Assembly: GCF_036321535.1 (NCBI RefSeq) | Contig: NC_087438.1 | Coordinates: 13,766,001 to 13,830,000 of the forward strand | Reading direction: 5' to 3' | Source: Camelus dromedarius | Lineage: Eukaryota | DNA length: 64,000 bases | Part shown: positions 12,682 to 26,334 of the stretch, piece by piece | How the letters are laid out: every line of letters starts with the position of its first letter | Position numbering within the stretch: the stretch's first letter is position 1 | Translations under genes and position numbers: made by a program | Notes under the pieces: generated by a model | The model's input: only the letters and a program-made list of their open reading frames with translations | Told to the model about the DNA's origin: nothing | The model's database searches: none

Positions 12682-13399
12682 AAGAAAGAGAACCTTACTT
12701 TATTTTTTGTGGTTGAAACTATTAAATACACATGACGTTGGTGCCAAAGTCTGCCAAAATCCAGATACCCTATATGTTGGTGAATATTTCTAATTTTTAA
12801 AGGCAAATAGTTTCTTTTAGATCATAAAGTCTGCTTATTTTGAATATATTAATATAATCTCTCAATTCAAATGCAATTCTACTTTATTGTCAGTTTTACT
12901 TTACCGCAAGGATGACTGGTTTTTGAACAAGGAATGCCAAGCACACTGTTCTTTCTGTATCTGTCCTGAGGGTTAACACCCAGAGAGAGATCTGTTTCTC
13001 TTTAAGTTGGTTGTTTAGGGATCTGCTGTGCTTGATCCTTTTCATATTTGTAGATTTGGAAATATATGCATTTTTGCTTCTTAAAAGAAATTTGTAAATG
13101 TTCATCTTATGAACTTCAAATGGATGCCACACACAATACAAGAAGTAATGTGGTCTGAAATTCTCCTAACTTTTGGGAAGACCGAGGCAATGCAGAAAAA
13201 CATCTCCATATTGTTAAGAATTACTGTTGAAAGGGAATAGTGGGTTTGTGAAACCCATTGATTGGTCTCTATCTCTTGGTGTCTTGATTTCAATCCCAGT
13301 AAAATCAAAAGTACTTCAGTATGCATCATTCCAGAAAAAATTAGATGCTCCAAAATCTGAGAGATACTACCACAGAAATTATAAGCTGGGAGAACTAAT

Positions 13400-14970
13400 C
13401 AATGATTTCTGAATAAATGCTGAAAGAGGAAAAAAAAGAGTACAAAATAAAGAATGTCAAAACTAAACACCAATCTTTGATTTAATGAATGACAGACTGA
13501 TGACAGTGGCAAAGTATTGGGAAAAATTGGTTTATATATGGTGTCTGAGTTCTTATGATGTATTAGATAATGATTAAAAATTATACTGGTCCACTCTAAT
13601 AATTCATGCAAAATTAACCAAATATTTAAAAAGGAAGCCAAAGGATTTTAATAGCCACTTAAAAAATTCTTTGTTTTTCTTTATAGAGAAGATGGAAATA
13701 TATTTGTTGGCTGATTGTAAAGTTAAAATAAACATACAGATTTTTAGTGTAAAACCCTGGAAATTTACTGATGAGATAATTTTGTAGTCTTATGGTAAAG
13801 GATGAATAATGAAGCATATTTTAAAAAATAGTAAAAAGACACAATAGTTATAAAAAAAAGTTTTTTTAATTAAATATTAAATCATTCTTTAAACAACTTA
13901 AAAGTGTGATGTTTTCACAGCAATAAAATGTAGGTTTTCTGAAAAGAAGCAATATGAAGAGTCTAAAACTAGATACTAGTATGTATGGGAATTTGATATA
14001 TAGTAGGGTGGTGGTTCATTTCTATGGGCATAGTACTTTTGCTGAAACAAATAGGCTATGCATTTGGAAAACTGTATTTGAAATTTTGCTTCATATTGTA
14101 GAGAAATCAATGTAAACTGTATGAACGGCAAACCAATTTAAAAGGAATCCAGAGTAAAGAATAAATGTTAGTGGAATAAATGCAGGCACTAGGAAAAGGG
14201 AAATTTAGAAATAAGAGGAGAAGCCCAGAAGCAATAAAATATATAATATATGACTATACAAAGTTTTGTACTTGTTAATTTAAAATTATACCATTGCGCA
14301 GCTTCAAAGCAAAGTGATTAGCAAATGTTTAACAGAGATAAAAATTTTGATATTTATATTGTCAAGACTCCTGCTGCCAATTAAGATAAAGATACAGTGT
14401 GATTAAAAAAAAATTGGCAAAGGATTTGAATTCATGAAATGGGATAGCCAAAGAGAATTCCCAAGGTTCCAATAGACCAAAGGAAAAATGCTCACTCTTA
14501 GAGATTGCTGAAGAAATGTAATAAAAGAAACAACAAAATAGACTTCTTATCCTTAGGAGAAATTGAATAAATAACAACACCAGTTTTTGCAGGAAAACAA
14601 GGAAGTGGAGTTCTCATCCACGGCTGTTAGAAATATGCATTGGTAGAGTAGTTTTTTTAAAGCAATCTGATAATAGCCGTTAAAATTATAGACCCATTAG
14701 TCAAAAATCCTACTTTATACAAGAATCTATAGCAATGAAAACATCACTAGATAAAAATTATCCAGTGTTTATTCTGACACCTTTTGTAGCAGCGGAAAGC
14801 TGAGAACTTAAAGAATTTCCATCAATAGTAAATGATTAAGCAAACAATGGTACTTTTTAATTGAGAATATTATGCAGCTATTAAAAATATGTATATCAGC
14901 AGGGGAGGCATTCTCGTGATATTTTGTTAAATGAGAAATATAGCATGAGACATGATGATATAGAATGATG
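13400..14970 (+). mobile_element. Ancient, highly decayed L1M-type fragments (ORF2 3' half/3' UTR)
   Basis: A-rich strand bias with remnants such as aaattggcaaaggatttgaa, ggaaaaatgctcactc and ttctcatccacggctgttagaaatatgcattggt. Confidence 0.55.
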
Positions 14971-14974
14971 CCAT

Positions 14975-15445
14975 GCATTTGGCTGCACCTTGCAATCCTA
15001 CAAGCCCTGTGCTTGCCCAGCTTCAAGACCAAAAACAAGAGCCCGGAGACACCAACAGAGTATAAGTGGTTTAATGGATGGGGGATCTTACCTGTCTGAA
15101 GCAAGGTCCTGGAGCAGGTCCCCCCAGTGTGCATGGACGGCGGGGCAGAACATAGTAGCAGTTTTCACTCCTGCAGGCAGAGGAAGGATACCAGTTATAG
15201 GGGAAATTGTCACTTTGGCTCATTGGTTACCGGGGAAACCAGCAGAGGGGTACACCCCTCACTACCACTTTGATAAGCACAATGGAGTGTTCTGATAAAA
15301 AATTAGGGCAATCACTTGCTGGGGCCTGGGGCAAATATGTAGGAAGGTCAGTCATGTGAGTAGGGCGTTATAGGTGAAGCAGTGGTCAAGCAGGGGACAT
15401 ACAGAGAAAAGGAACAGCCGTCTTAAGTGGCCTGACCATACTCCA
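14975..15445 (-). mobile_element. ERV solo LTR (class uncertain, possibly ERV2/K-like) inserted in old L1
   Basis: Discrete GC-richer ~460 bp block with ATTAAA on the minus strand near 15070 and CCAAT on the minus strand (cattgg ~15222). CCATG occurs near both ends, but termini and TSD are not clean. Confidence 0.65.
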
Positions 15446-17044
15446 TGTTTATTCCTGAATCCAATATATATAGAAAAGCATTGACATTGTTTGCAAAAAA
15501 TGTGATGGCCTGAGTGGAAGGGAGTGTAGAGTATCAAAGAGAAACGAGAAAAAGAGACTGCAGCATAATGGATTACCATATCACTATAAAGTCCCAATAA
15601 ATGTTACATATGCAATAATTTCATGAAAATATTATGGATGTATAAATAATACATGTGCACATGATAAAAACTAAACATTGGCATTGGCAAATGAAATGGT
15701 TGACTACACAGAATGAAACTCTACGTTTTCCAGATACATTTCTGCTATTTCAAAGCAGTTTTGTATCATAGTATCAAAACTAGGTAATAGCTGCAAAAAA
15801 AATTTATGACTTGTTTACATCCTCAGGAAGGATGAAGGGTTGCATTGTAGCACCCCATTGCCTCTCAACATTTTCAGTGCCATGAACACAACTGTAGAAG
15901 TGAAATCCAATTTGTTCATTATCCAAAGCTTAAAGAGGTAGGAAATACCATGTTGAACTAAATTAATCGATTATTTTAATAGAACACAGACATACATGAA
16001 TAAAACTTTCATAAAGAAGTCTTGAATTAGTTTAATATTGGAAAGTGGTTTTAAAGGGTTAGAGTGTTGAGTGAACACTGTAGGGAAAGGCAGAAGGAGT
16101 CATGGCTGGAGGCTGTGGGTCCACAAGGGGTGGATTTGCTCAGTCAGTGAAGACTTATATTATAGTTTTGTTGACATAGATCAGTTTGTGGAGGGCACAT
16201 TTTCCCAAATCATATTTCTGCTGTCATTGGAAACCAGCTTCAGTAGCGCTTCCAAAATCACCCATGTCAGAGCACATCTCCCAGGCAGTTGTAAACAGAG
16301 TGTAAACAGAGTGCACACAGGAGCTGGCTCACGGAGGCCTCTGCCCACTGGCTTTCCCCCTCTTGCAATCCTTTTCCCGTCTTCCATGGTGAGCCCCTGC
16401 GCCCAGACGCTTTGACTAAGAAGTTGACAAAGTTTATGAGTTTCTGCTTTTTGAGACTTCCCTTTAATTCCCATAAAGATCTTGGCCATCACCAGCAATC
16501 AAACCTGTTGTCTTCTTCCTTTTGGCCTTCAAGAACACATTCCTCTGTGTGGAAGAAGATAACATTCTTTACTTGATTCCTAATGCTGATTCTACTATCT
16601 TTCGCACATGTTTATGGTTATTTCGATAGAAATAGAGTCAGAAGAGTGGGATTAAAGAGTTTATAGTCACACTTTAACCAGGAGATATCATCAACTTCTT
16701 TGAGTATTTGTATTGGAGAAATGGCATAATGTTTTGTTATAAAATTATATTTTAATTATTTTGCAGCATAGAGTTATTGCTTTATGATATTATCCAGGGT
16801 GTACACTACATACCTTAAATGGTTCAAATAAAGGATTGTAAGCGAATATTGACTAGATAATTCAGAATGGAAATAAGAAAGATAAGTATCTTTTGTTTCT
16901 GTCTACTTTGGTGGTAGCTTAACGTGCACCTTAGGAAGTCAAAAAGAAAATTGATTTAAATATTTTAATATAATAAAATTATATTTATTTTATTTATTAT
17001 ATATATTTATTATAAAATGTATACATGTATCACTTTACTAAAAG

Positions 17045-17135
17045 ACACTGCAGAACTGTGAGTGAATAAATTTCTGTTCTTTTAAGCCAGAAAATTTGTG
17101 GCAATCGGTTATAGCAGCCACTGAAAATAAAAACA
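17045..17135 (+). mobile_element. MLT1 LTR 3' end fragment
   Basis: cagaactgtgagtgaataaatttctgttcttttaagcca...tttgtggcaat..gttatagcagcc. Confidence 0.8.
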
Positions 17136-17889
17136 GGTGATACATTAGAAATAGACAGCTTTGACTTAGAGGTACAACCAGGCCTAAAAGAATCGGTTCC
17201 CATGGAAGATCACCAAAATGATATTAGTTGCCAAAAATAATACCAAGTTCAAGCACAATCTGGACATTACCATATACAAGTAGGACAAATCCCATTTTGT
17301 AGCAATAAGATGTTTTATTGGCAGAGTTGATCGGGACATTTTCATGTGTGGGTGCAATTTGAAGTAATATCCATGCCTGTTGCTAAGGTTTCGGTTCAAG
17401 GACAATGCTTTGGGGAAAGAGATTTATCAAGTGCTTACAAGGTATCAGAAGCCCATTAGTCCAGATGAATTTAAGAATGATTCTGCCTCCCAGGCTGATA
17501 ATTGTCATGCAAACAGAATCACAGCAGAGGCTCTTTCATAAAGACAAATTAGTGAATACTGACAATAAAAATGCCTGTTTTAAGGTGTAAGATTAAGCCC
17601 AGATGAAGAATGCCACCTGCCTGTGAGTCCGAGGTTATCAATTTTTACCCAAACTGAAGGCTCCTGGCTGACAGGTGATAAAAGCGAGAAAGGGCAGTGA
17701 GACTACAAGACTACAGCTTCTCATTTTGATAAGAACTGTTGCAGCCAGGACATGTGGGGATTGTTCAGCCCAGACCTCACCTCGTTGAGCTGCCTTCAGC
17801 TGAATTTTCAGATCAGCTACTGTCAATGCTTGCCTCATGCACGCATTGAATTTTTGATACTCAAAGGCTTGCATTTACATCATTGCTCT

Positions 17890-18272
17890 GATAGTCATTT
17901 GTGCTCTTCAAATATATCTCCAGCTCTCCATCTTCCATGTGAGTGGCCAGATTATACTTCTTGTCACTTTCAAAGTTTGGTGTGCCCAGGTGATTAGTTC
18001 TGACAAATGAAAGGTCAGCAGAAGTTCCTAGTATATTTCCCAGATGGCAATTTCAGGAGCCACTGTTGTGTTACCATGACTCCATTTTCCTGCCTTGGAA
18101 ATCATGGATGCATGGAGTGTTAGACACCCTGAGACTTGGTCCTTCAGGAATAAGGAGGTAAAGCAGAGAAACATGTGAGAAATATGTGAGAAAGAAAAAA
18201 ATAAGATTTTTTTTAATCCACTGAGATGTTCAGTTTGTTTATTATAGTAAAATAACCTAACCTATGCTGAAT
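17890..18272 (+). mobile_element. Old MLT1 (J/K-like) LTR
   Basis: gtgattagttctgacaaatgaaa..tcagcagaagt and terminal ccactgagatgt...tttgtttattatag.aaaataaccta.ccta. Confidence 0.6.
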
Positions 18273-20599
18273 ATTTCAAACTGTTAAAAATTTTAATTTT
18301 TGGTTTTAGGCTACAATTCTAGATTAATAAAATGATTTTATCTATAATCTTGAAATTATTCATTTTAGAACTCAGGAAATATCATATTACACATGCATAT
18401 TTTTCCATTGTTAATCATATGTTAGTTAATGAAATCATAGCTTATGTTGAAAAATATCCATTGAATATGATATATTTTCATATTTTTTATAAGGTCCTTA
18501 AAAAGTAAAGGAGAAACTTCGGAAATGCTTTATTGAAATCAGTAGCATCTTGCCTTTTTAAGTGATTCACATCTTTTCACTTCCTTTAATGAAAACAAAA
18601 TATTAACTTTGCTCCAGGTATCTTGCTTTTAGTTGGAGATAAAGGTCTTGTAAAGTTGCTTTTCACTTTATGTTTCATATCATACAAAAATTATATCAAA
18701 GTAAATAATCTCTGATTTTCAAGTCTTTTTTCTCTCCTCTCTGTCTCTGTGTCTGTTTCTCTCTTCATACACACACAACACATACACAGTGCACACACGT
18801 GGGGACATATATATTCTGATGTATGCTGATATAGATTGGTTCCTATATCTGGTCAAAATAGAAGGGAGTCCTAAGAATGAGGACCATCTCCCATTTGCTC
18901 AGTATCTGATGCCAATGTACTGCCCAGAGCCTCACACAAGAGGGAAGGAAAGGGGAGGGGAAGAAGTGAGGGATGTTGGGAGGCAAAAAGGACTCGTTTG
19001 AATTCAACCAACTAGAATTCAGAAAACAATAGTACGGAAAGAAAACGGGTGGAGTGTGCTCAGCAGACTTTCATTTGACACACACATATAATTTTTCAAA
19101 GTGGTTTTCTACTTTCTTTAAGTTATTCAATTGTAATTAGTTCCAAATTACACAGCCTCTTAAATGACTTTAAAGTCTCAGGACTGGTGTTTCTGGGAAT
19201 CTGCTTCGGTGCAGTAAATTGGATTTTAAAATAATTTAATCCTTTTTTACTCAGTCACATTCACACAAGTTTTGAATGAGGTGAAAGTAGAGAAAGGTCA
19301 TCCTATCAATTCTTATGCTTACATAAACTCAAGTCTTGAATGCAAAGGTAACCAAATAAAGAATGTAGGCCAAATGTTAAACCTCCTGCACAATTTCTGG
19401 ATTCTATAATCATTTTGACCTCCATTTTTTAAACTTGCAAATAAACTTGTTAATATCTTCTGCTTCCGGCTGTACTAGCAAAACATAATATGTTGAATAA
19501 TTAAATGGTAACATAAGTAAAGTGCATTGAATAATAATTACGTGAAGAAATATATCTAATCTTAAGCACCTAACAATTTAAAGACATCGAACATATTTTT
19601 GCTTTGGTGTTATTTTAAAACATTAAACATAATCTTTTTTTGTTTGTTTAAATTCAAGAAGACACATAATTTTTCAGCCTATATGATATTGTCTTGAACT
19701 AAAAGTTAACAATGTGGACCATACTTCACATACTTTATGTCCTACACTGCCATCCTAGGATCGCTATGTGAAAGCAATTGTGATGGCCGTGCAAAAAGCT
19801 AAATACAAAAAGAAAATTGGCTTTTATAACAACACAATAAAAATTTCAAAGCAACGTGAAAGATGTTCTTTTTTGAAATATCAAAACAAATATTATATTT
19901 ATCTCTAGAGGGAAGTCTGATTCTCATAAATTGAAGCTCATTTCAAATTTTGACATAATGAATGTATGCCACAGATTATGTATTTCAAAGGTATTTCAAG
20001 TCATGCCTCAATCCAAATGAAATGATGTGCATTTTTAAGATTCTGTTCTTAAAAAAAGAAAATAATTATCTGTAAACCTAAAATTTGACATGCTAATCTT
20101 TTAAAACAAATCTTATATCTCTGAATAAGAGTATGATGGTTCACTAAATGTTACAAAGATACGTCTTATTCATACTGTTTTTCAAGACGCTTTTCATTTA
20201 AAATGATTTCTTGGCGCTAGCACAGAAAGTTGCTTAGAGGGCTCTCTGATTCTACTTTAATATCATAGCAGTCCATTGTGTATGCTGCAAAATGTCAATA
20301 TTACAAGTCTTTGTTTTAATTAATGCTTAGTTATTTGCATTCACTTGGCTAATACGAAAATTGCTATTTCTCCTTTTTTAATATTCAGTCTTCCAATATA
20401 ATTTTTCCCATAGTTAATATATCATTGCTCATGCTTTTATTTTCAAACTTTCTGAATCATTTTGTTTTAGGAACATCCCTTATATAGGATAAAAATTTCA
20501 GATTTGTCTTGCTATTCAATCTGAACTGAAATTTCGTAGATGAATCAAACACATTTAAATTTATTGATATGACAATATGTATGTTTAATCTTAGTTCCT

Positions 20600-21230
20600 T
20601 TTAAGTGTTTAGCAATGAGGAAGTTATAGGTGAGCTGGGTTAGAATTATTTCTTGCTCTAGTGGAGACAGTCTGCAGATGAGAGTGATCTGAAGAATGAA
20701 TGTGTGATGAGTACATGCCACTCTTTCAAGAAACCTGGCTTTAATAGAGAAGAGAGACTGGGAATTATAGTGAGGTGCATTGGAATCAAGTCAAGTTTAA
20801 TTCTTTTTGCTTTGGTAAAATGGAAGAGAGCAAGAGTGATGATGAGATTCAAGGAAATCAGGGAGTGGCTCAGAAGCGAGTAGAAAATACTGTACACAGA
20901 GCAAAAGCTGATTAGCCTAATACCAAGATAGCACTCACTACATTAGAAAGAGAAGTAGGCAAGGCTGGATGTTGGTAAAAATGTGTTTTGTTTGTTTGAT
21001 TTTCTTTTCTTTTTTTTTTGCAGAGGTGAGAAGAAGATAACTGTTTCATTGGTGAGGTGATGGACTGAAGTGTGCAAGTGAACATGATGGTAAGCAAGCA
21101 CAGAAGAGAAACCATTCATTCTTTGTTGAATCCACCTTCGATAAACCTGGGACTTGATACATTATTAAGAGATACCAAGAAAAAGTAGAGGAAGTAGGTG
21201 TACAGAAGAAAAGAAGAGTCATTTGAGACC
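20600..21230 (-). mobile_element. L2-like LINE relic
   Basis: Purine-rich + strand with agcaatgaggaagt.ataggtga and ctctttcaagaa.cctggctt motifs typical of reversed L2. Confidence 0.45.
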
Positions 21231-22689
21231 AAGGCAGATTGAATAAAACATTTCCTATAAACTGAATAAATGTATGAATTCAAAGTAGCATTCAAATATA
21301 AATAATACATAACTATTTTGTTCTTTACTCAAGTTATACTATCTCATTAGCCATAACCAGCCATAAGCAGCAACTTAGGTAGGTTTTAACACAGTAAATA
21401 ATCTTAATTTCAACTTTTCATTCAGATGTACCCTGTTTCAACATTCTGTTTAATTTGTAATAGTTCATATTATTTTGGCATGCTATAGTTCATAGAGGGA
21501 TCTTTAATTTAAAAATGAATCTTTCACAAGAAAAAAAGCAAGCAAGATATATCCCACAGAGCCTGAGCAATGGACACCCCTCCATCGATGCCACTGCTAC
21601 GTCTTCATGGCATTCTCCTGTCAACTGTATGGAAGAGTTAAGGGAAGACATTGAACTCCTAGCATTAATTATTATTACCTTTGTTGTGAATAAATTATTC
21701 AAATACTCTTTATTTTTTAACCTGTAAAATAATGTCAATATGGCAAAGCTGCTGTCAAGAAAAAATCGAATTAACTCACGTAGGACTCTGGGCAAAGAAT
21801 GGATCCTGAATAAAGGTCAGTTTTCTTCTCCTTCCTTTATAGAAATAACTTGAGTTACATTGTTTCTTTTTTGAGAAACTCTGTTTAGTTCTAACATTTT
21901 AGTATTAAAAATGATAACATAAGAGAGGCAGAAGAAAGATATTCAATAAAAAATAGATCTCTTTTTTGTCTCCCTCTGCAATGTTCTGCAAGTACAATTT
22001 CTTTAATGCAATGTAATTAAAGAAATAAAATTAGCAATTTGAAATTTTGGCAATATTATTTTGTATATGAGAAGCTTCAGGGATAAAAGCACTAAATGAA
22101 GATAGTGGTGCAAAAATTTTTTTTCTTTTCTAAATAAAACAAATCAAAATCATCTGTCTGCATCCAGGAAGTTCCATTAAAGAAATGTATGTACACCAAT
22201 AAAAAAAAATTACTGTTTAAGTACCACGTTCTTTAATCTTTATCCTGGGGCTCCTGCCTCAGCTTTTGTTCTTTCTAGCAATATTGTTAGTGGATGCCAT
22301 GCTAAGAATTTTGATGCAGAATGTAACAAGAAGCAATGCTACAAACACTTAGAGGGATCCAGCATTTCAAAAATCTGCAAAATATCCAAAAGTGATATAT
22401 TCCTTGCATTTGGCAGTACAGAATATAAGACCTAGATTTACCAAAACTCTTACAAGGGTATATCATTTTGAACACTGTATTTAAAACAAATTTTCTCTGA
22501 AACAAGCTTCCTCCTAGATATTCCTGGTTTATTAAAAGAAAAAAAAATTAAGCCTCCTTTAATTATAAAACTGTTTTATAATTGTTATTCTAATCATATG
22601 CAATGAAATCATTTATTTATATAGACTTTAAAGTATGCAGTAGACAAAATCTGTATTTAAGCATTGGTTCTACCATTAAATAACTATGG

Positions 22690-23610
22690 AAGATGGCAGA
22701 CTACTGTCCCAAGGAACCATCTTACCCAAGTTAGAGTTCAGGCTTCTTTTATACTAAAAGGGAAGGGGTTGTGGCTGGTTTTTGCAGACTTTCTGGTGCC
22801 GGAATCCTTTGTTCTTGCAGCTGTCTGTCTAGGTCTGGTCACAGCATTACTGGGAAAAGGGAAATAAAAGTTACCTTCATTCTTAGTCACCTCAAAAAAA
22901 CAGATTTTTAACAAAAGACAGAAAGCGTGATAGAAACAAGATTTTATCAGTAAAGTAGAAAGGTAGTAAAATATAGTGCACTCCTGAGAATTGGGAGTGA
23001 GCTAATCCAAGAGAGGAAAGATGGCACCACTCCTTTTTTTCTCCTGTCTTATGTCCTGGCTTAAGGGCGTTTTTTTGTGATTGATTTATGGCTCAGTTCC
23101 TTGTGCTCAGGCATGCCCATCCCTTTTGTGCAGGTTCTTACCCATGATGCACACAGAGAAACCTATGGGAGGGGCTCAAACCACAATGCTGATTACATTA
23201 TAATGAGCATTGGGTCGGGTTAACCCGGGTCCTTCTCTCTGTTGCACAGCCGCAGCATTGGATCCTAGCCGGTTTATTTGTTACCCTCAATTTGAGAAAG
23301 TGAAGGTTTTTGGAGCCCCTTATCCTGAGCACAGGTGTACTGTTATTTTCTGGTTTGCTCCTTTCCCCTTTTTCTCCCCCTGTCCCATGCTCATTTCTTT
23401 CTAACTGCCTAACCATGTTCCTGTAATCCTCCAACAAGACAATTGTTATTTTCTGTTCTGCAACTTTTGATTTCTATATGAATGGAAAAGTGTAGTACTT
23501 TATAAGGTCAAGCTGGGAGGCAGAGCCTTGAGAAAGGATTATTATGTATGTATAAGGCCACAGGCAACATTCTTTTACAAAGGTGCAGAGCCAGCATGAC
23601 TCATCTTTAT
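22690..23610 (-). mobile_element. ERV1-class LTR (outer), split by a nested LTR
   Basis: TATAAAAG on the minus strand at 22746-22753. The sequence ...ggtctggtcac | atgttcctgtaa.cctccaacaagac... resumes after the inner element. Confidence 0.7.
22845..23414 (-). mobile_element. ERV1-class solo LTR (inner, nested); same family as 51464-52068
   Basis: Aligns by eye over its full length with 51464-52068 (e.g. shared atcccttttgtgcaggttcttacccatgatgcaca and tttttggagccccttatcctgagc). Confidence 0.88.
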
Positions 23611-24368
23611 AATGTTCAGATTTCTGACCATTACCATAGTCTTTGTAATTTTTAGTTGGAAACTGCTTGTGTATAACTTCCTCATTTTTCTCAAGAGGGT
23701 AAAAAATCATATTAAGTCTAGTCTCTTCTCCTCACTCCTGGCTTCAGATGCTTTAAGGTAAGACTGGCTTTGCATACATTTTCTGTAATATTAATTGTAA
23801 TATTAGGAACTGAGAGCAACGTTGTTTCTAAGAGTTGGTGACCACTGGAGATTTAGCAAAGATTATCATGTTCTTTTATCAGTACATTATGCTTTCAGTA
23901 AGGATATGCAAGTTTCAATTAGCTAGACTGTGTTTCTCAACACACTGTTGCCATATATTACTCCTGTCAAGTAAATGTCCCAGGTCTGTTATACATGAAT
24001 CACTACTGAGATAATTTATAGTGTTCTTGAGCATGGGACATTTACTTAAAAAATTTAAAATATAACCCTAATGGATAATATTGTTATAGATTCACGTTAA
24101 AATTGAAATCTGAGATTATGTAAATCCGTATTCAAATTAAACTCATGATACATCTCTGAGAGCTTTCAGCCATCAGTATTGTCATTCAAATTATAGTTTA
24201 AAATCTTGGGTGACATCCATGCTACGACACATGCTGGAGGCTATTTATTCACCATAAATCCCTTTTCGCAATAATTTAAGTGTACAAGACGTTCAAGTTT
24301 GAATATGCTATCAACCAAGTTTACTTTTCAATTTAAGGCCATGAAATCATAAAAGGTTAAGCTCAGAT

Positions 24369-24432
24369 ACATACCCAGATTGCACCCTGCAAGTAAGCAC
24401 ATACCCAGATTGCACCCTGCAAGTAAGCACAT
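24369..24432. repeat. Perfect 30-bp tandem duplication
   Basis: acatacccagattgcaccctgcaagtaagc x2, followed by acat. Confidence 0.95.
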
Positions 24433-25290
24433 CAGAGATGTTTCATTCAGGTAATTTTCATTGAATAATTTTCTTCATACAGAAATAAAACTAGAAGTTA
24501 GGCAGATTAAAAATAAATAGAGTCTCCAGATAGTAGTCTTGAAAGCAAACCTATGAAGTTCTAACTGCATGTTAAAAGAAGGAAGCCAGCTTGAGTATCA
24601 GTGGGATTACTATGTAAAGAGGGTGTAAATGAAGTTCTTACACATAAAAGGAAAATGGCAAAGAGGATAAATAGATTTCTCTCAATTGCCTTGCCTGTAG
24701 AAAATGTCAGGGAAATTCTTACACGTGGATCATGCCTTGAAATGGGCAATTAGCAATATTATGCTGACCGGTGACATGCTTTTGTCAGTAATTTATATTT
24801 TAACATGGATGAACCATTTATGTACTTACTATGTCCAAAATGCTCTTATTAAGTCATCAATTCTTTTTTGAAAATGTGTAATTCATATTATCTAGTACTT
24901 GCTCTCAGATTTTACAAATAGAAGATATTCATTTAGATTATTTTATTCTATCTCTGAGAGGTGAAATGTCACAGATGATGGGATCTTATTTCACGATGAA
25001 AACATAGTACAGGGAAAATGGTGAATGTCATTTCATTTAGACATTACAAATAAATGTCATTCTTTGTCAAAAATTATGTGATGATTTCTTGACTCTTCGG
25101 TCATTTAATTCATATACAAAATTGTCACACTTACTGGTAAACAGAAAAAAATGTCAAAATCTTAGTTTCCAAAATACTCCTTATAAGATCTGTATTAATA
25201 TTCATGCTTTCCAGGTAAAGCCCACATTAAATTTACAATAAAAATAACTAGTGTTATTTATGGGCACAAATATGTACTGAATTCTCTCAT

Positions 25291-25797
25291 TGAGAGACAG
25301 TTCTCAACAGATCTCTTGCATTTCTGAAAATCCTGTGGGGAAGCATTGATGCCTTGGGTTTCCAGATTCTTTATTTCAAGGATTTGCATAGCAAAGAGCC
25401 TTGAAACATAGATAGATTTTCTCCTTCTGGAGTGGAGAGTATGTTTTTGTTTCCTGATCAGGATAATAAAGCTCCTCTCCAAGGAAATGTTGGACAGGGC
25501 TAGTCATAGCCCCCTTCTAAATTGGGGGTTACCTAAACTTGGGGATCCTCAGCTGTGACCCATTCCCATCTTGTGTACAACTTTCAGCTGGGGTACTCTA
25601 CATTGCCCCCAGGGAATTGGGGGCAGGAGCAAGGGGAACTAATGTGAACATGAAATTCACGCTGCTCTCTGGGAGTAATAAGGCTGTTTGTCTCTGACCC
25701 AGCTCTCCTGGGTCTTCCTTAGCACCCTGGGCACTGGGGAGCTAACTTGTTAGGGTGTAAATAGGATCGAGCCTCAAACTTTTCATTGTCTTTGACA
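25291..25797 (+). mobile_element. ERVL-class solo LTR (MER54/MER74-like)
   Basis: Starts tgagagacagttctc and ends tttgaca (TG...CA). Internal agccttg.aa.atagat and gagtaataa.g....tgtctctgaccc motifs. Confidence 0.7.
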
Positions 25798-25828
25798 ACA
25801 ACCTTTAGTGAAGACAGGAGCTGCATAC

Positions 25829-26334
25829 TGTCCACTGAAATAAAATCACACAATGTGAAGATTGTGGGTTAAGTTTTACTTGGGGCAAAATGAGACTATA
25901 GCCTGGGAGACAGCATCTCAGATAGCTCTGAAGAACTGCTCTGAAGAGGCGAGGGGAAAACTCAGTATTATATACGATCTCAGTGAAGAGGGTACGTGCA
26001 GTCAAGCACAAATTTAGACAGGGGCTTGCTGCTAGTCACGAGGAGATGTCACCACTAATGGATTTAGTGCTTTTCTAGATAGAAGGAGATGCAAGAATTA
26101 GGGCTCATAAAATTTTCTCCTGAAAATATTTGACTATCTGAAGGTTTGTTCAGCCAGTTTTCCCAGAGCACAGAGCCCCTCACTTCTGCTCTCCCCTCTG
26201 AACTCCTTGCAGGGAGTGTTGGAGCTCAGCGGCTGCAGTGGCTCGTGATTTAATCCAAGCAGAGGTTGGTGGCAAGTGCCAACGTGATCCAGTCCTTGGA
26301 GAGGCAGGCAGCAAGTGCCAGTTTGTAGTTAGCA
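25829..26334 (-). mobile_element. ERV1-class solo LTR
   Basis: TG...CA termini, flanks ATAC / ATCC (3 of 4 match), and cctgggagacagcatctcagatagctctga.gaactgctc motif. Confidence 0.8.
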
